DNA of 64,000 nt from a virus. The stretch is taken from IMG/VR virus record IMGVR_UViG_3300013772_000003, positions 10,773 to 74,772 of that record; one strand, written 5' to 3'. Positions 50,568 to 58,702 of this stretch are shown piece after piece. Position 1 is the first letter of the stretch; each line of letters opens with the position of its first letter. A program made the position numbers and the translations under genes. The notes beneath the pieces are model-generated. The model saw nothing but the letters and a program-made list of their open reading frames with translations, was not told the DNA's origin and did no database searches.

Positions 50568-50893
50568 CTTGTCCGCCCGGCTTTATCATCCTGATAATTC
50601 TGATACGTCTTGAATAGGTTTACCCAAAACATCAGGTTAAGTATTCCGGTGAGTACCCAAAACGAAGTTAACTCCATCGCGCCGGAGTGCACCTGCACTA
50701 TTCCTGTTATCTGAGAGATTATATAAAACAGGTAAATAAATATTTCTACTACTGTGTAAGGGGCGCCTTTTCCAAGTATCCATTGGATAAACGTTTTTTT
50801 ATTTGCGTTGTCGATTGGTTCCATATTGCAAAGGTAGGAAAATATTGTACAGCAAAAAGCCGGTACTATTATTCCCGAATCAAAAAATCCCAT
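50564..50893 (-). CDS. Membrane protein
   Basis: Two TM segments; start may be at 50824. Confidence 0.55.
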   Translation of the reverse strand: MGFFDSGIIVPAFCCTIFSYLCNMEPIDNANKKTFIQWILGKGAPYTVVEIFIYLFYIISQITGIVQVHSGAMELTSFWVLTGILNLMFWVNLFKTYQNYQDDKAGRTR

Positions 50894-51374
50894 GTTGGTT
50901 ATGTGTTGGTATAAGGCAAAGATAGAAAAATTTTTTTATATAATTTTTTTTGGTACTTTAAAACCTATGTACAGGGTCGTGTTTAGCTTGTACCCCCCTA
51001 CTCACCGGCACCCCAAACCAAATGGGCACCCTACCCCCACCTCTTAAATAAACTCAATCCTATAGTATAGGGAATTATCCAAAGAGACTCCTTTTCTTGT
51101 CCAGAGAATATTCTTTATTTGAATAGCTTGTTCTCTTCTTATGATATGTTATCTACTTCAGGATATTCTTTGTTGTTCTTATCCTTGCCTCGCTCCTTGA
51201 TTGTATATTAGTGATTACCCCGCGTTTAGGGGACATTAAGCCCCTCGATTACGCAGATTTGGTATACCAAAGGGTTTATTGTCTCCGCTCGGCACAGCAA
51301 TCGCATATTGCCGTTCATTATCAATCACTTACAATCTCACCCCAAATCATTATAAACCCTTAATCTATCTTCAC

Positions 51375-51506
51375 ATGGAAACAATCGTATCACCTGCCGC
51401 ATATAATGCTGCTGTAAAAGCCTTAAAAAAGGCACAAAACAAATTGATGAAAGCTCGTGTAGAACATGAGATAGCTTTGATTAACTACACTAAACAAGTA
51501 AGCTAA
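51375..51506 (+). CDS. Early hypothetical protein
   Basis: METIVSP...; preceded by TCTCACCCC. Confidence 0.5.
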   Translation: METIVSPAAYNAAVKALKKAQNKLMKARVEHEIALINYTKQVS

Positions 51507-51507
51507 C

Positions 51508-51747
51508 ATGGAAAACCTATTCGAAACATTAGGGGAGTGCTTACGCCCCGAACTTAGCGCTGAACTACATAAACGTCAGACTAAGTGTACTATCATTCAG
51601 GATATTGACCGCGCTTGGTTGCTTGCTAAAGCTAAACACCTCAGCCCCAAACAATTCGATTACCTTTATGAACTTGACATAGATCAACTCTATGAAGTAC
51701 AGAATAACATTCGCAATCTTTGTCCTCTCATTCAATCTCACCCCTAA
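51508..51747 (+). CDS. Early hypothetical protein
   Basis: 79 aa. Confidence 0.6.
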   Translation: MENLFETLGECLRPELSAELHKRQTKCTIIQDIDRAWLLAKAKHLSPKQFDYLYELDIDQLYEVQNNIRNLCPLIQSHP

Positions 51748-51768
51748 CCCCTTAAAACCTCATCACAA

Positions 51769-51975
51769 ATGATCATATCTATTATCATGGAGGGCGCACT
51801 TAAATTAGTGCAGCTAATCCGGTACAGCAACAACCAAAGAGTTGCGAGAATCTTTAACCCAAAGGACAGCCGTGTTCCTGAAAGAGTGTTAGACCTTGAT
51901 AATCAGGGGAGAGCAATCGACGATGAAACCGGTAAAACCTATAGGTTTAATATCAGGAATTGCGCAGAAGCGTAA
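51769..51975 (+). CDS. Early hypothetical protein
   Basis: 68 aa; CATCAC leader. Confidence 0.6.
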   Translation: MIISIIMEGALKLVQLIRYSNNQRVARIFNPKDSRVPERVLDLDNQGRAIDDETGKTYRFNIRNCAEA

Positions 51976-52017
51976 ATCACAATGATCGAGCCAGTGGAGT
52001 GGCTTAGTTGTTAGAGT

Positions 52018-52056
52018 ACAGCGTTCCAAGCTTCGGTTTGGGCGCTGTTTCTTTTT
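52018..52056 (+). terminator. Intrinsic terminator
   Basis: ACAGCG...CCAAGC-TTCG-GTTTGG...CGCTGT then TTCTTTTT. Confidence 0.7.
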
Positions 52057-52094
52057 ATTAGGATTTGTCAGTCGTGTGTTATATCTTTGTAGGT

Positions 52095-52574
52095 ATGAAA
52101 GAAATAAAACTTACCAAAGGACTTGTCGCCCTTGTGGACGATGAGGATTACGAATGGTTAAATAAAACCAAATGGCACGCAAAGACAGACAAATTAGGAT
52201 ACACCTACGCCTATGGAAACTTCAATAAAAAGAGGAGAACAATGCACAGGGTAATTATGGAGCAAACAAACCCCATAAATATTGTAGATCATAGAGACAC
52301 GGACGGACTAAATAACCAACGACATAATTTAAGAGTTTGCACAAAAACCCAAAACAATTGGAACAGTGTTAAAAGAAAAGACAGTAAGAATAACCACAAA
52401 GGGATAAGAAAACACTATAATAAGTTTGTAGTAGAAGTCCGAGTTAACAGGAAACTAATCACTGTCGGGCGCTACAATACTGAATTAGAAGCTATCATCG
52501 CATACAACGAATTCATCTTAAAAGAAAGGGGTGAATTTGCAGTCCTTATCCCACTACCTCATTCTCACCCCTAA
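52095..52574 (+). CDS. HNH-AP2 homing endonuclease
   Basis: VDDEDY, MHRVIM, VDHRDTDGLNNQRHNLR, EAIIAYN...GEFA; TATCTTTG at 52082-52089. Confidence 0.9.
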   Translation: MKEIKLTKGLVALVDDEDYEWLNKTKWHAKTDKLGYTYAYGNFNKKRRTMHRVIMEQTNPINIVDHRDTDGLNNQRHNLRVCTKTQNNWNSVKRKDSKNNHKGIRKHYNKFVVEVRVNRKLITVGRYNTELEAIIAYNEFILKERGEFAVLIPLPHSHP

Positions 52575-52595
52575 CCACACTAAAATTCATCACAC

Positions 52596-52754
52596 ATGAA
52601 AACAAAAACATTATCACGTATTGGGTTAGCAGGAGTATTCCTGTCTATACTTATCATAGGAGTCGGGGCACTTATCCTGAACTCAGAGCTTTGCGCAGAT
52701 GCAGGAGTATGTTTACTTCTTATGTCCGCAGCAATCAAAGCGTACACAGACTAA
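52596..52754 (+). CDS. Small two-TM membrane protein
   Basis: Manual translation MKTKTLSRIGLAGVFLSILIIGVGALIL...; CATCAC leader. Confidence 0.55.
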   Translation: MKTKTLSRIGLAGVFLSILIIGVGALILNSELCADAGVCLLLMSAAIKAYTD

Positions 52755-53138
52755 TCACATTCCATTTGTGATGGAAGTAATGCCCCCACACCTACCAGCA
52801 CAGGATGTATCCTCGACGACTAAGCTGAATGCTATCGAGGGATTGGGGGTAATTACATTAGAACTTCCGACCTCGCCCCTTAACCTTATTGAGAGTAATC
52901 TCCATCAGGATAACAGTATTACCCTTGATGTCGAACTCCCTCTTCCCTCGGTACGCTTTCCAATACGGTATATCATAGCGCATACAAGAGTTGAAGAGGG
53001 TTGTGTCGGCATTGAGTTGCACAACACCATTAATAGTTACCAAATACATCATGTTGCAAATATACACATAATAGATTTGCAATCCAACACCTTTTCTCAC
53101 CCCAAATTATCATTTAAACCCCTTAAAAACCCAAAACC

Positions 53139-53510
53139 ATGAACATCACAATCCATCCAACAGCCCCAAAATACACAAGTAAAGCGGGTAATGAAGTATT
53201 CCGTTACATAGTAAAGGGATCTCTTGAGGAAATTGCAGACTTTAAAAAAGTTAAAGCTCCGTTCTTTGCAGACAAACAGTGTGCAGTAGACAAAGTAACC
53301 GGCGAACCATTGTTCTTTAGCACTACCGAACTGGTTGGAGAGATCCCATTGCGTAAGGGTAAAACAAAGAAGAACGAAGACGATTACGTTATTGATGTTA
53401 CTGAGGGACAGATGTTTATGTCTCTTGTAAAACAATACGGCGTTGAGTACGCAGAATTTAAAATGAAGAAACAACCGGTAAAAGCAGCGGTGATAGAGGG
53501 GCAGAAGTAA
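53139..53510 (+). CDS. Early phage protein
   Basis: YTSKAGNEVFRYIVKG; followed by a terminator. Confidence 0.65.
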   Translation: MNITIHPTAPKYTSKAGNEVFRYIVKGSLEEIADFKKVKAPFFADKQCAVDKVTGEPLFFSTTELVGEIPLRKGKTKKNEDDYVIDVTEGQMFMSLVKQYGVEYAEFKMKKQPVKAAVIEGQK

Positions 53511-53515
53511 TAAAG

Positions 53516-53550
53516 AGAGCACTCAGGCGTAACAGCTTGGGTGCTTTTTA
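53516..53550 (+). terminator. Intrinsic terminator
   Basis: AGCACTCAGGC-GTAACA-GCTTGGGTGCT then TTTT. Confidence 0.7.
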
Positions 53551-53739
53551 TTTTCGAGGACTCACAAATAATTAATTCGGGTCTTCCGTCGAGGACGAAA
53601 AGGCATTTCCTAAACTCAATCTCCTGAAATATAGATGATTATAGTATTATAACGGAACCGCCGCAGGCGCTATTACAGCTTATCCGCCTCATATTCTCAT
53701 ACATTATGTTAAATAGAAACTAATTCTAATGGCAAATGC

Positions 53740-53770
53740 TTGCGTTAAAAGAAAATTTACCCTACATTTG
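53740..53770 (+). promoter_or_regulatory. Bacteroidota sigma-ABfr-type promoter
   Basis: TTG(53740)-N20-TACATTTG. Confidence 0.65.
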
Positions 53771-53811
53771 TACGAATAATTGATCTAAGGGGGTTAATTT
53801 TATATAAATCC

Positions 53812-53839
53812 ATTTAACATAATGTAGATTATGTTAAGT
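53812..53839 (-). other. dif-like Xer recombination site
   Basis: Minus strand ACTTAACATAA-TCTACA-TTATGTTAAAT, with 11-6-11 architecture and a perfect XerD arm. Confidence 0.75.
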
Positions 53840-53953
53840 CGTGATAGTGGTAAAACAACATCTAACTCCCTGTATTTAAGTACGATAAGCTCATTCCAGA
53901 AAAATTTTACCGCACCGACGTCAGTACCACAATATTGTTTGTATAGAAATTCC

Positions 53954-53984
53954 TTTGATATTTAGTGCATACAAACTATATTTG
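53954..53984 (+). promoter_or_regulatory. Bacteroidota sigma-ABfr-type promoter
   Basis: TTTG-N19-TATATTTG upstream of 54021. Confidence 0.7.
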
Positions 53985-54020
53985 CAATCAAGCAGTTAAG
54001 CCCCTTATTAAACCAACTTT

Positions 54021-54233
54021 ATGAGACCTATACGCAAAACAGCACGCTACATCCTGATGAGACGGGGTAATGACATACGTATATTCAATTGCCATACCGT
54101 AGATAACCTTGCTTGTAGTCCTATCTTATCACCAAGTACTATTGATGTACCCAAGTTCTTAAAGATGTCTGTAAATGAGTTTAACGCCGCCTGCAGAGCT
54201 CTTTGTACTACACGTATTAATGCAGATGATTAG
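54021..54233 (+). CDS. Early hypothetical protein (paralog of 54272)
   Basis: RPIRKTARYIL...FNAACRALC..R..DD. Confidence 0.6.
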   Translation: MRPIRKTARYILMRRGNDIRIFNCHTVDNLACSPILSPSTIDVPKFLKMSVNEFNAACRALCTTRINADD

Positions 54234-54271
54234 TTCAGGAAATTGGGTGTACGCCCGCAAAACGTTAAATT

Positions 54272-54544
54272 ATGATATACCGAGAGATCAGAAGAACGCA
54301 CTACTACATCCTTGAAAAAGCCCACCCACGGGATTTATACCGACTAAGAGTATTATCCGGGAAGTCAGCAACCTGTCGCTATATTGATGAGTGGGGAGAC
54401 CTCTGCATAGACACATCCCTGCTACAATCCCCTGATTTCCCCAGAGCCATGATAGAGTCCTATGACTTATTTATGTGTAGTAAAGCTCAGTTCAACAAAG
54501 TCTGCAAAATGCTATGTGTTCCCCGCAGATTAGATGATGATTAA
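54272..54544 (+). CDS. Early hypothetical protein (paralog of 54021)
   Basis: REIRRTHYYIL...FNKVCKMLC..R..DD. Confidence 0.6.
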   Translation: MIYREIRRTHYYILEKAHPRDLYRLRVLSGKSATCRYIDEWGDLCIDTSLLQSPDFPRAMIESYDLFMCSKAQFNKVCKMLCVPRRLDDD

Positions 54545-54600
54545 CTATTCAGGAGAATGTATTTGTTCTCCGCGCCCTTAAACCCTTAATTCAAAACACA

Positions 54601-54897
54601 ATGGACACACAATTTTGGAAAGACTGCGGAATGCAGGAGACTATCATCTTTGGCAGCGCTAACGGTATTTATAATATCCCAGCTACCATAAAACTTGCGA
54701 TACGATATGGTTTTAAATCGAACCTGTTCCTTGGAGACGAGACAGATGAAGAAATAAATGAGAATGAGTCCGCGTGCGAAGAATGTATACTCGCCGAGGA
54801 ATTCCTAAGCTCCCAACTTCCTGATGGATATTGGTATGGTTCTAACGAACATGCCTGCGATTGGGGGGTATGGAAAGTTGAAGAAGAAGAGATTTAA
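54601..54897 (+). CDS. Acidic early protein
   Basis: SANGIYNIP...LPDGYWYG. Confidence 0.65.
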   Translation: MDTQFWKDCGMQETIIFGSANGIYNIPATIKLAIRYGFKSNLFLGDETDEEINENESACEECILAEEFLSSQLPDGYWYGSNEHACDWGVWKVEEEEI

Positions 54898-54949
54898 TTA
54901 GTTTAACCGCCCCTAAGGGTGTTTTATTAACCCCAAAATACATCACAAC

Positions 54950-55252
54950 ATGGCAATATATTTTTTAATTCAAGGTAGGGAAGATGAAAAGAAAGGAAAG
55001 CTTTACCCTCTCGGTGTTATCACTTTGAGCAATGCGGAAGGCTACCCTAAAATAGAACAGATAAGAGAAAAGCTTGAAGAATTTTGGAACGAAGAAGGCG
55101 ACGGAGACATAGAACATTTCCAAGAACGTAAAAACCGCCCGCATGAATTTGAAGGCTTTTCTGTATGGTGTGAATATGAAGACCCAGACGAAGAAACCAT
55201 GCGGTCTGTAGAATGCCTTTATTTTTGGCTACAAGAAATACCTATTTATTAA
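54950..55252 (+). CDS. Acidic early protein
   Basis: 100 aa; CATCAC leader. Confidence 0.6.
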   Translation: MAIYFLIQGREDEKKGKLYPLGVITLSNAEGYPKIEQIREKLEEFWNEEGDGDIEHFQERKNRPHEFEGFSVWCEYEDPDEETMRSVECLYFWLQEIPIY

Positions 55253-55276
55253 CCACCACCTAAAATACCCCAACAA

Positions 55277-55459
55277 ATGACGCTCAAAAACAAAATTAAA
55301 CTTATGAAAGGTAATCCTAAAAGTTCTCGAGACGGAATGTATGATTATTTGGTTGGAGAAGCGGGATTGTACGGCATTGCTTTCTTTGGACACAAAGGAA
55401 CTAAAGCACAAAAAGCAAAACTACGATACATTTGGAAACAAGTAATGTTATACGCATAA
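55277..55459 (+). CDS. Early hypothetical protein
   Basis: 60 aa. Confidence 0.55.
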   Translation: MTLKNKIKLMKGNPKSSRDGMYDYLVGEAGLYGIAFFGHKGTKAQKAKLRYIWKQVMLYA

Positions 55460-55477
55460 CCCCCTAATACCCTAAAC

Positions 55478-55684
55478 ATGGCAGAAATTAAAGACATTGT
55501 AGAAGACGCGTACTTTAAAACCTCTCAAGGTAGGATAGGACGCGCATACGCAGTTACAGCAAGAAAAAAGGAGGCAGGACTTGTATATCTTATCTTTGAA
55601 GGACCGGAAGGTTTCGATAAAAACACCCCATCTGGAGTTTATAAAATAGAAGGCTTAACCCTCGTTAAAAAACCCAAACCATGA
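55478..55684 (+). CDS. Early hypothetical protein
   Basis: 68 aa, SH3-like beta pattern. Confidence 0.55.
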   Translation: MAEIKDIVEDAYFKTSQGRIGRAYAVTARKKEAGLVYLIFEGPEGFDKNTPSGVYKIEGLTLVKKPKP

Positions 55685-55857
55685 AACCATTCAATATTGA
55701 TGACAAAGTATTGGTTCGCGGAAATCCTGCGAAAATCACAGCAAGTCTTATTGTACAGGATTCTGTAAAGGAAGAACGTTGGTACATAGTGGAGTTTGAG
55801 TCGGGACATGACAGCCCTTATCCTGAATCACAAATAGAACTCGTGGAACCATGTTAG
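55681..55857 (+). CDS. Small SH3-like early protein
   Basis: Manual translation MKPFNIDDKVLVRG...YIVEFE...YPESQIELV; ATGA overlap with the upstream gene. Confidence 0.55.
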   Translation: MKPFNIDDKVLVRGNPAKITASLIVQDSVKEERWYIVEFESGHDSPYPESQIELVEPC

Positions 55858-55974
55858 TTTCCTTATTCGATACACCGGAAGATTTTATTTACAACGCATC
55901 AACAGCGTTTGAGATACTACTCAGTACAGGAATCGGTGCCTGCGTTTTACACAATAATTAAAAACTCAAACATC

Positions 55975-56289
55975 ATGTATATATGCACCTGTAATTATTG
56001 TGGTAATCTTTGGGAGGACACAAACCCGGACTTAACCGTCAGTATTGATTACCCTGAACAAAAATTGGAGTCTCTTGCCGACCACAAATGTCCTGAATGT
56101 ATGAAGGATGACTACCTTGTGGATAATATCAACTTCCTTGCAACAGGAGAATTGCCTGCGATCCATCGCAAAAACGCACTACAAGCGGCGATAGCTATCC
56201 TGAAGAAAGAGCACCCCGAATTTGAGGAGGAGCACACAACAGGTTGGGATATGATGCAGACACTTGAAGCAATAATAAACTCATTTTAA
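55975..56289 (+). CDS. Zn-ribbon protein
   Basis: CNYC...CPEC; probable start MYIC. Confidence 0.6.
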   Translation: MYICTCNYCGNLWEDTNPDLTVSIDYPEQKLESLADHKCPECMKDDYLVDNINFLATGELPAIHRKNALQAAIAILKKEHPEFEEEHTTGWDMMQTLEAIINSF

Positions 56290-56382
56290 CAATCTTTCCT
56301 GATTGCCCATAAATATCCGATACAGCACGGGCGCGGATTAAGGAAAAAATCGTAATTTTACTACTTTAAAACCAACATCACT

Positions 56383-56808
56383 GTGGAAAAAGAAATTATA
56401 TTAAACGGACTTACTTATGTACTAAAGGAAGAAGTTCCTGTCCAGAAAGCAAAGAACAAATTCAAAGACGTATTTGATTGTAAAAGCATCGGAGACTTAT
56501 TTGAGTTCGCAGGAATAGATACTGTGGAATTCTTAGAAAAGCACAGCAACCTAACTCCAAAGAAATTAAACTTGGAATATATTGAAAAAGGAATTGAGAT
56601 TATTCGCGGTGAATGGTTGCCTACAAAAGAAAATAAATGGTATTACCCTTACTTTGAACGCACCCCGTCGGGCTTATCTTTCTCTACTATCGGCTATCAT
56701 GATGATGGCGCTGTGGTTCCGGCTTCGCTCGTTTGTGAAAAAGAAGAACAAGCCAGACTTGTCGGTAATATATTATTACCTCAATATAGTATCTGGATGC
56801 AACCTTAA
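56383..56808 (+). CDS. Bacteroidota-phage hypothetical protein
   Basis: KWYYPYF...SGLSF...LVCEKEEQA. Confidence 0.65.
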   Translation: MEKEIILNGLTYVLKEEVPVQKAKNKFKDVFDCKSIGDLFEFAGIDTVEFLEKHSNLTPKKLNLEYIEKGIEIIRGEWLPTKENKWYYPYFERTPSGLSFSTIGYHDDGAVVPASLVCEKEEQARLVGNILLPQYSIWMQP

Positions 56809-57166
56809 CCTTAAATGAAAACCAACATGGAAAAAAATAAGCAAATCGCAGCGACAGTCAGTTTCTTGATTGCACTGTTCACTCTTGTAGTACATGCACA
56901 GAGCAAAGTACACAGCGGGATCGTCAGGAAATATAGTCGTTGGATTGTGGTTGACAGAACAACCGCGCCGCGTGACTATGGATATGTTCTTGGATGCAGG
57001 AAATGCTAAATTGAAATTGGTAGTACAGTCGCTTTGTAGCGGAGTGGCGCATGGCGATGGAACATATCCTTCCACTACCAATACTTATTAATCTCTTGGG
57101 ATAGAAATGCCGGGGCAGTCCGGCGAGCTATCAATACCACCCATAAGTCAGGAGATTATATTTTTT

Positions 57167-57230
57167 GGGGAGCAAAGGTGCGAGGGCTAACTCGTGGACC
57201 TTCTTGGATTTCGATTATCCTGCTCTCCAC
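57167..57230 (+). ncRNA. tRNA-like RNA lacking a D-arm, with G3.U70/A73 alanine identity
   Basis: GGGGAGC/GCTCTCC-A acceptor stem, GGAT-TTCGATT-ATCC T-arm, central AAGGT-GCGAG/CTCGT-ACCTT hairpin. Confidence 0.55.
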
Positions 57231-57409
57231 AACGAACCATACTAAGAAAAACAGGTAGATTTGCGTAATACTCGAGCAATCGGTACTATATCTCCTGCTG
57301 AATCGCAAGCGGTCTTAGTCGAAATGTCGGTGATCTCATGCGATAACATTTCTCAATGCGGAGTAAAAAGCAGAGCCTCTTCGGAGGTTCATCACAAATA
57401 CAAAATAAT

Positions 57410-57625
57410 ATGCAACCAACAATCACAACAGTTAAAGAGTTCAACGACAACCAACAACGACAATATGCAGAGCATCTCGCAAAGTGTAAAGTTAATGGTG
57501 TTGTAGATGTAGATAGATTCGAGAGATACTTCACAAGATTTGATTATAAATCAGGATACGTGTTGTGGGGTAAATATCCTATCTACAAAAGACGAAAGAA
57601 AGATTTAGTTTTTTTAATCACATAA
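57410..57625 (+). CDS. Early hypothetical protein
   Basis: Probable start MQPTI. Confidence 0.55.
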   Translation: MQPTITTVKEFNDNQQRQYAEHLAKCKVNGVVDVDRFERYFTRFDYKSGYVLWGKYPIYKRRKKDLVFLIT

Positions 57626-57641
57626 TTATACCTTTGTAAGT

Positions 57642-57950
57642 ATGGGAGCACCAATTGATTTTGATAAAGAGACCGGACACATCGAACCTATTTTAAACGC
57701 ATTAAAAATCGGAATAGTGGCGCATATTGACCACGGAATTACAACAGCAAGAATGGCACTGAGGGAAGCCCATCCTGAAATTATCGTCGTAGACAATAAA
57801 GCAGTAGGTATCAAAGAAATTTTTGAGCACAAATCCGAGGAGGCACAACAGCTAATTAAAGTGCTTACAGAAGTGCATGAGTATCCTGTATCTGATGGTA
57901 AATCCAATCGCAGAGACCGCAGAAAGAATCAACGTAAGAACAAAAGATAA
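57642..57950 (+). CDS. Small protein with degenerate translational-GTPase G1 motif
   Basis: KIGIVAHIDHGITT; TACCTTTG at 57629-57636. Confidence 0.6.
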   Translation: MGAPIDFDKETGHIEPILNALKIGIVAHIDHGITTARMALREAHPEIIVVDNKAVGIKEIFEHKSEEAQQLIKVLTEVHEYPVSDGKSNRRDRRKNQRKNKR

Positions 57951-58010
57951 GCCCGGGAATACGCAGACGCGAGTTTATCTCACCCCCAATTACACTTAAA
58001 ATCACATCAC

Positions 58011-58166
58011 ATGACAAACAGGAAGAAATTTGAAGTTTGGGTGCGCTCCGACAATGTTATAAAACAATCAGACGGATACAGAACTCAGTGTAATCAGTAT
58101 ATGCATTTATTCACTACACGAAAAGAGTTATTTGCGTACTTCAAAAAGGAATATTGTAATACCTAA
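58011..58166 (+). CDS. Early hypothetical protein
   Basis: Manual translation MTNRKKFEVW...FKKEYCNT; TCTCACCCC and CATCAC leader. Confidence 0.55.
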   Translation: MTNRKKFEVWVRSDNVIKQSDGYRTQCNQYMHLFTTRKELFAYFKKEYCNT

Positions 58167-58176
58167 AACAACACAG

Positions 58177-58665
58177 ATGAAAATAATTAAAACGAAAGTA
58201 TTTGCGTTCGATGAACTCCCAGAAGACATACAACAGAAAGTATTAAAAAATCAGTACGATTGGTGGGAAACAATCTATGAAGATGCCGCTAATATAGGAC
58301 TAACCATTAAAGGATTCGATATTGACAGGGGTTCTTATTGTGAAGGAGAGCTTGGTGTTGATTCTGCTGCGGAATGCGCGGAATCTATCTTGAAAGAACA
58401 TGGAAAAGATTGCGAGACGTACAAGACAGCACAGACATTCTTGAAAGCACTAAATGAATTAACTTCTACTCAGGAGAATATTGAGGACGTGCCCGAAGAA
58501 GACATTGAAAATTTAGAAGATGAATTCCTAAAAGATATTCTTGAAGATTACAGAATCATGTTGACACAAGAATACGAATACCTTACAAGCAACGAAGCAA
58601 TCATCGAGACCTTCAAAGCAAACGAGTGGACTTTTACCGCAGAAGGCGAGATGATGAACTCATAG
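58177..58665 (+). CDS. Acidic phage/plasmid protein (family often annotated 'antitoxin of TA stability system')
   Basis: VFAFDELPE, DWWETIYED, EYEYLTSNEAI...NEWTFTAEG. Confidence 0.6.
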   Translation: MKIIKTKVFAFDELPEDIQQKVLKNQYDWWETIYEDAANIGLTIKGFDIDRGSYCEGELGVDSAAECAESILKEHGKDCETYKTAQTFLKALNELTSTQENIEDVPEEDIENLEDEFLKDILEDYRIMLTQEYEYLTSNEAIIETFKANEWTFTAEGEMMNS

Positions 58666-58702
58666 GTTAGCCCCTAAATTTATACACACTAAACCCATTC
58701 AC

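Noticed and set aside
52699-53142. 147-aa ORF as listed
   Set aside because: It overlaps the 52596 gene and its start is uncertain (perhaps 52770); no recognisable motifs, so it is left uncalled.
53560-53610. Hammerhead-like GTC-GAG-GAC-GAAA, and CTGCTGA...GAAA near 57295
   Set aside because: No proper CUGANGA core or stem arrangement.
56383-56808. DGR target (C-type-lectin-like C-terminus)
   Set aside because: No template repeat or reverse transcriptase seen in the window.
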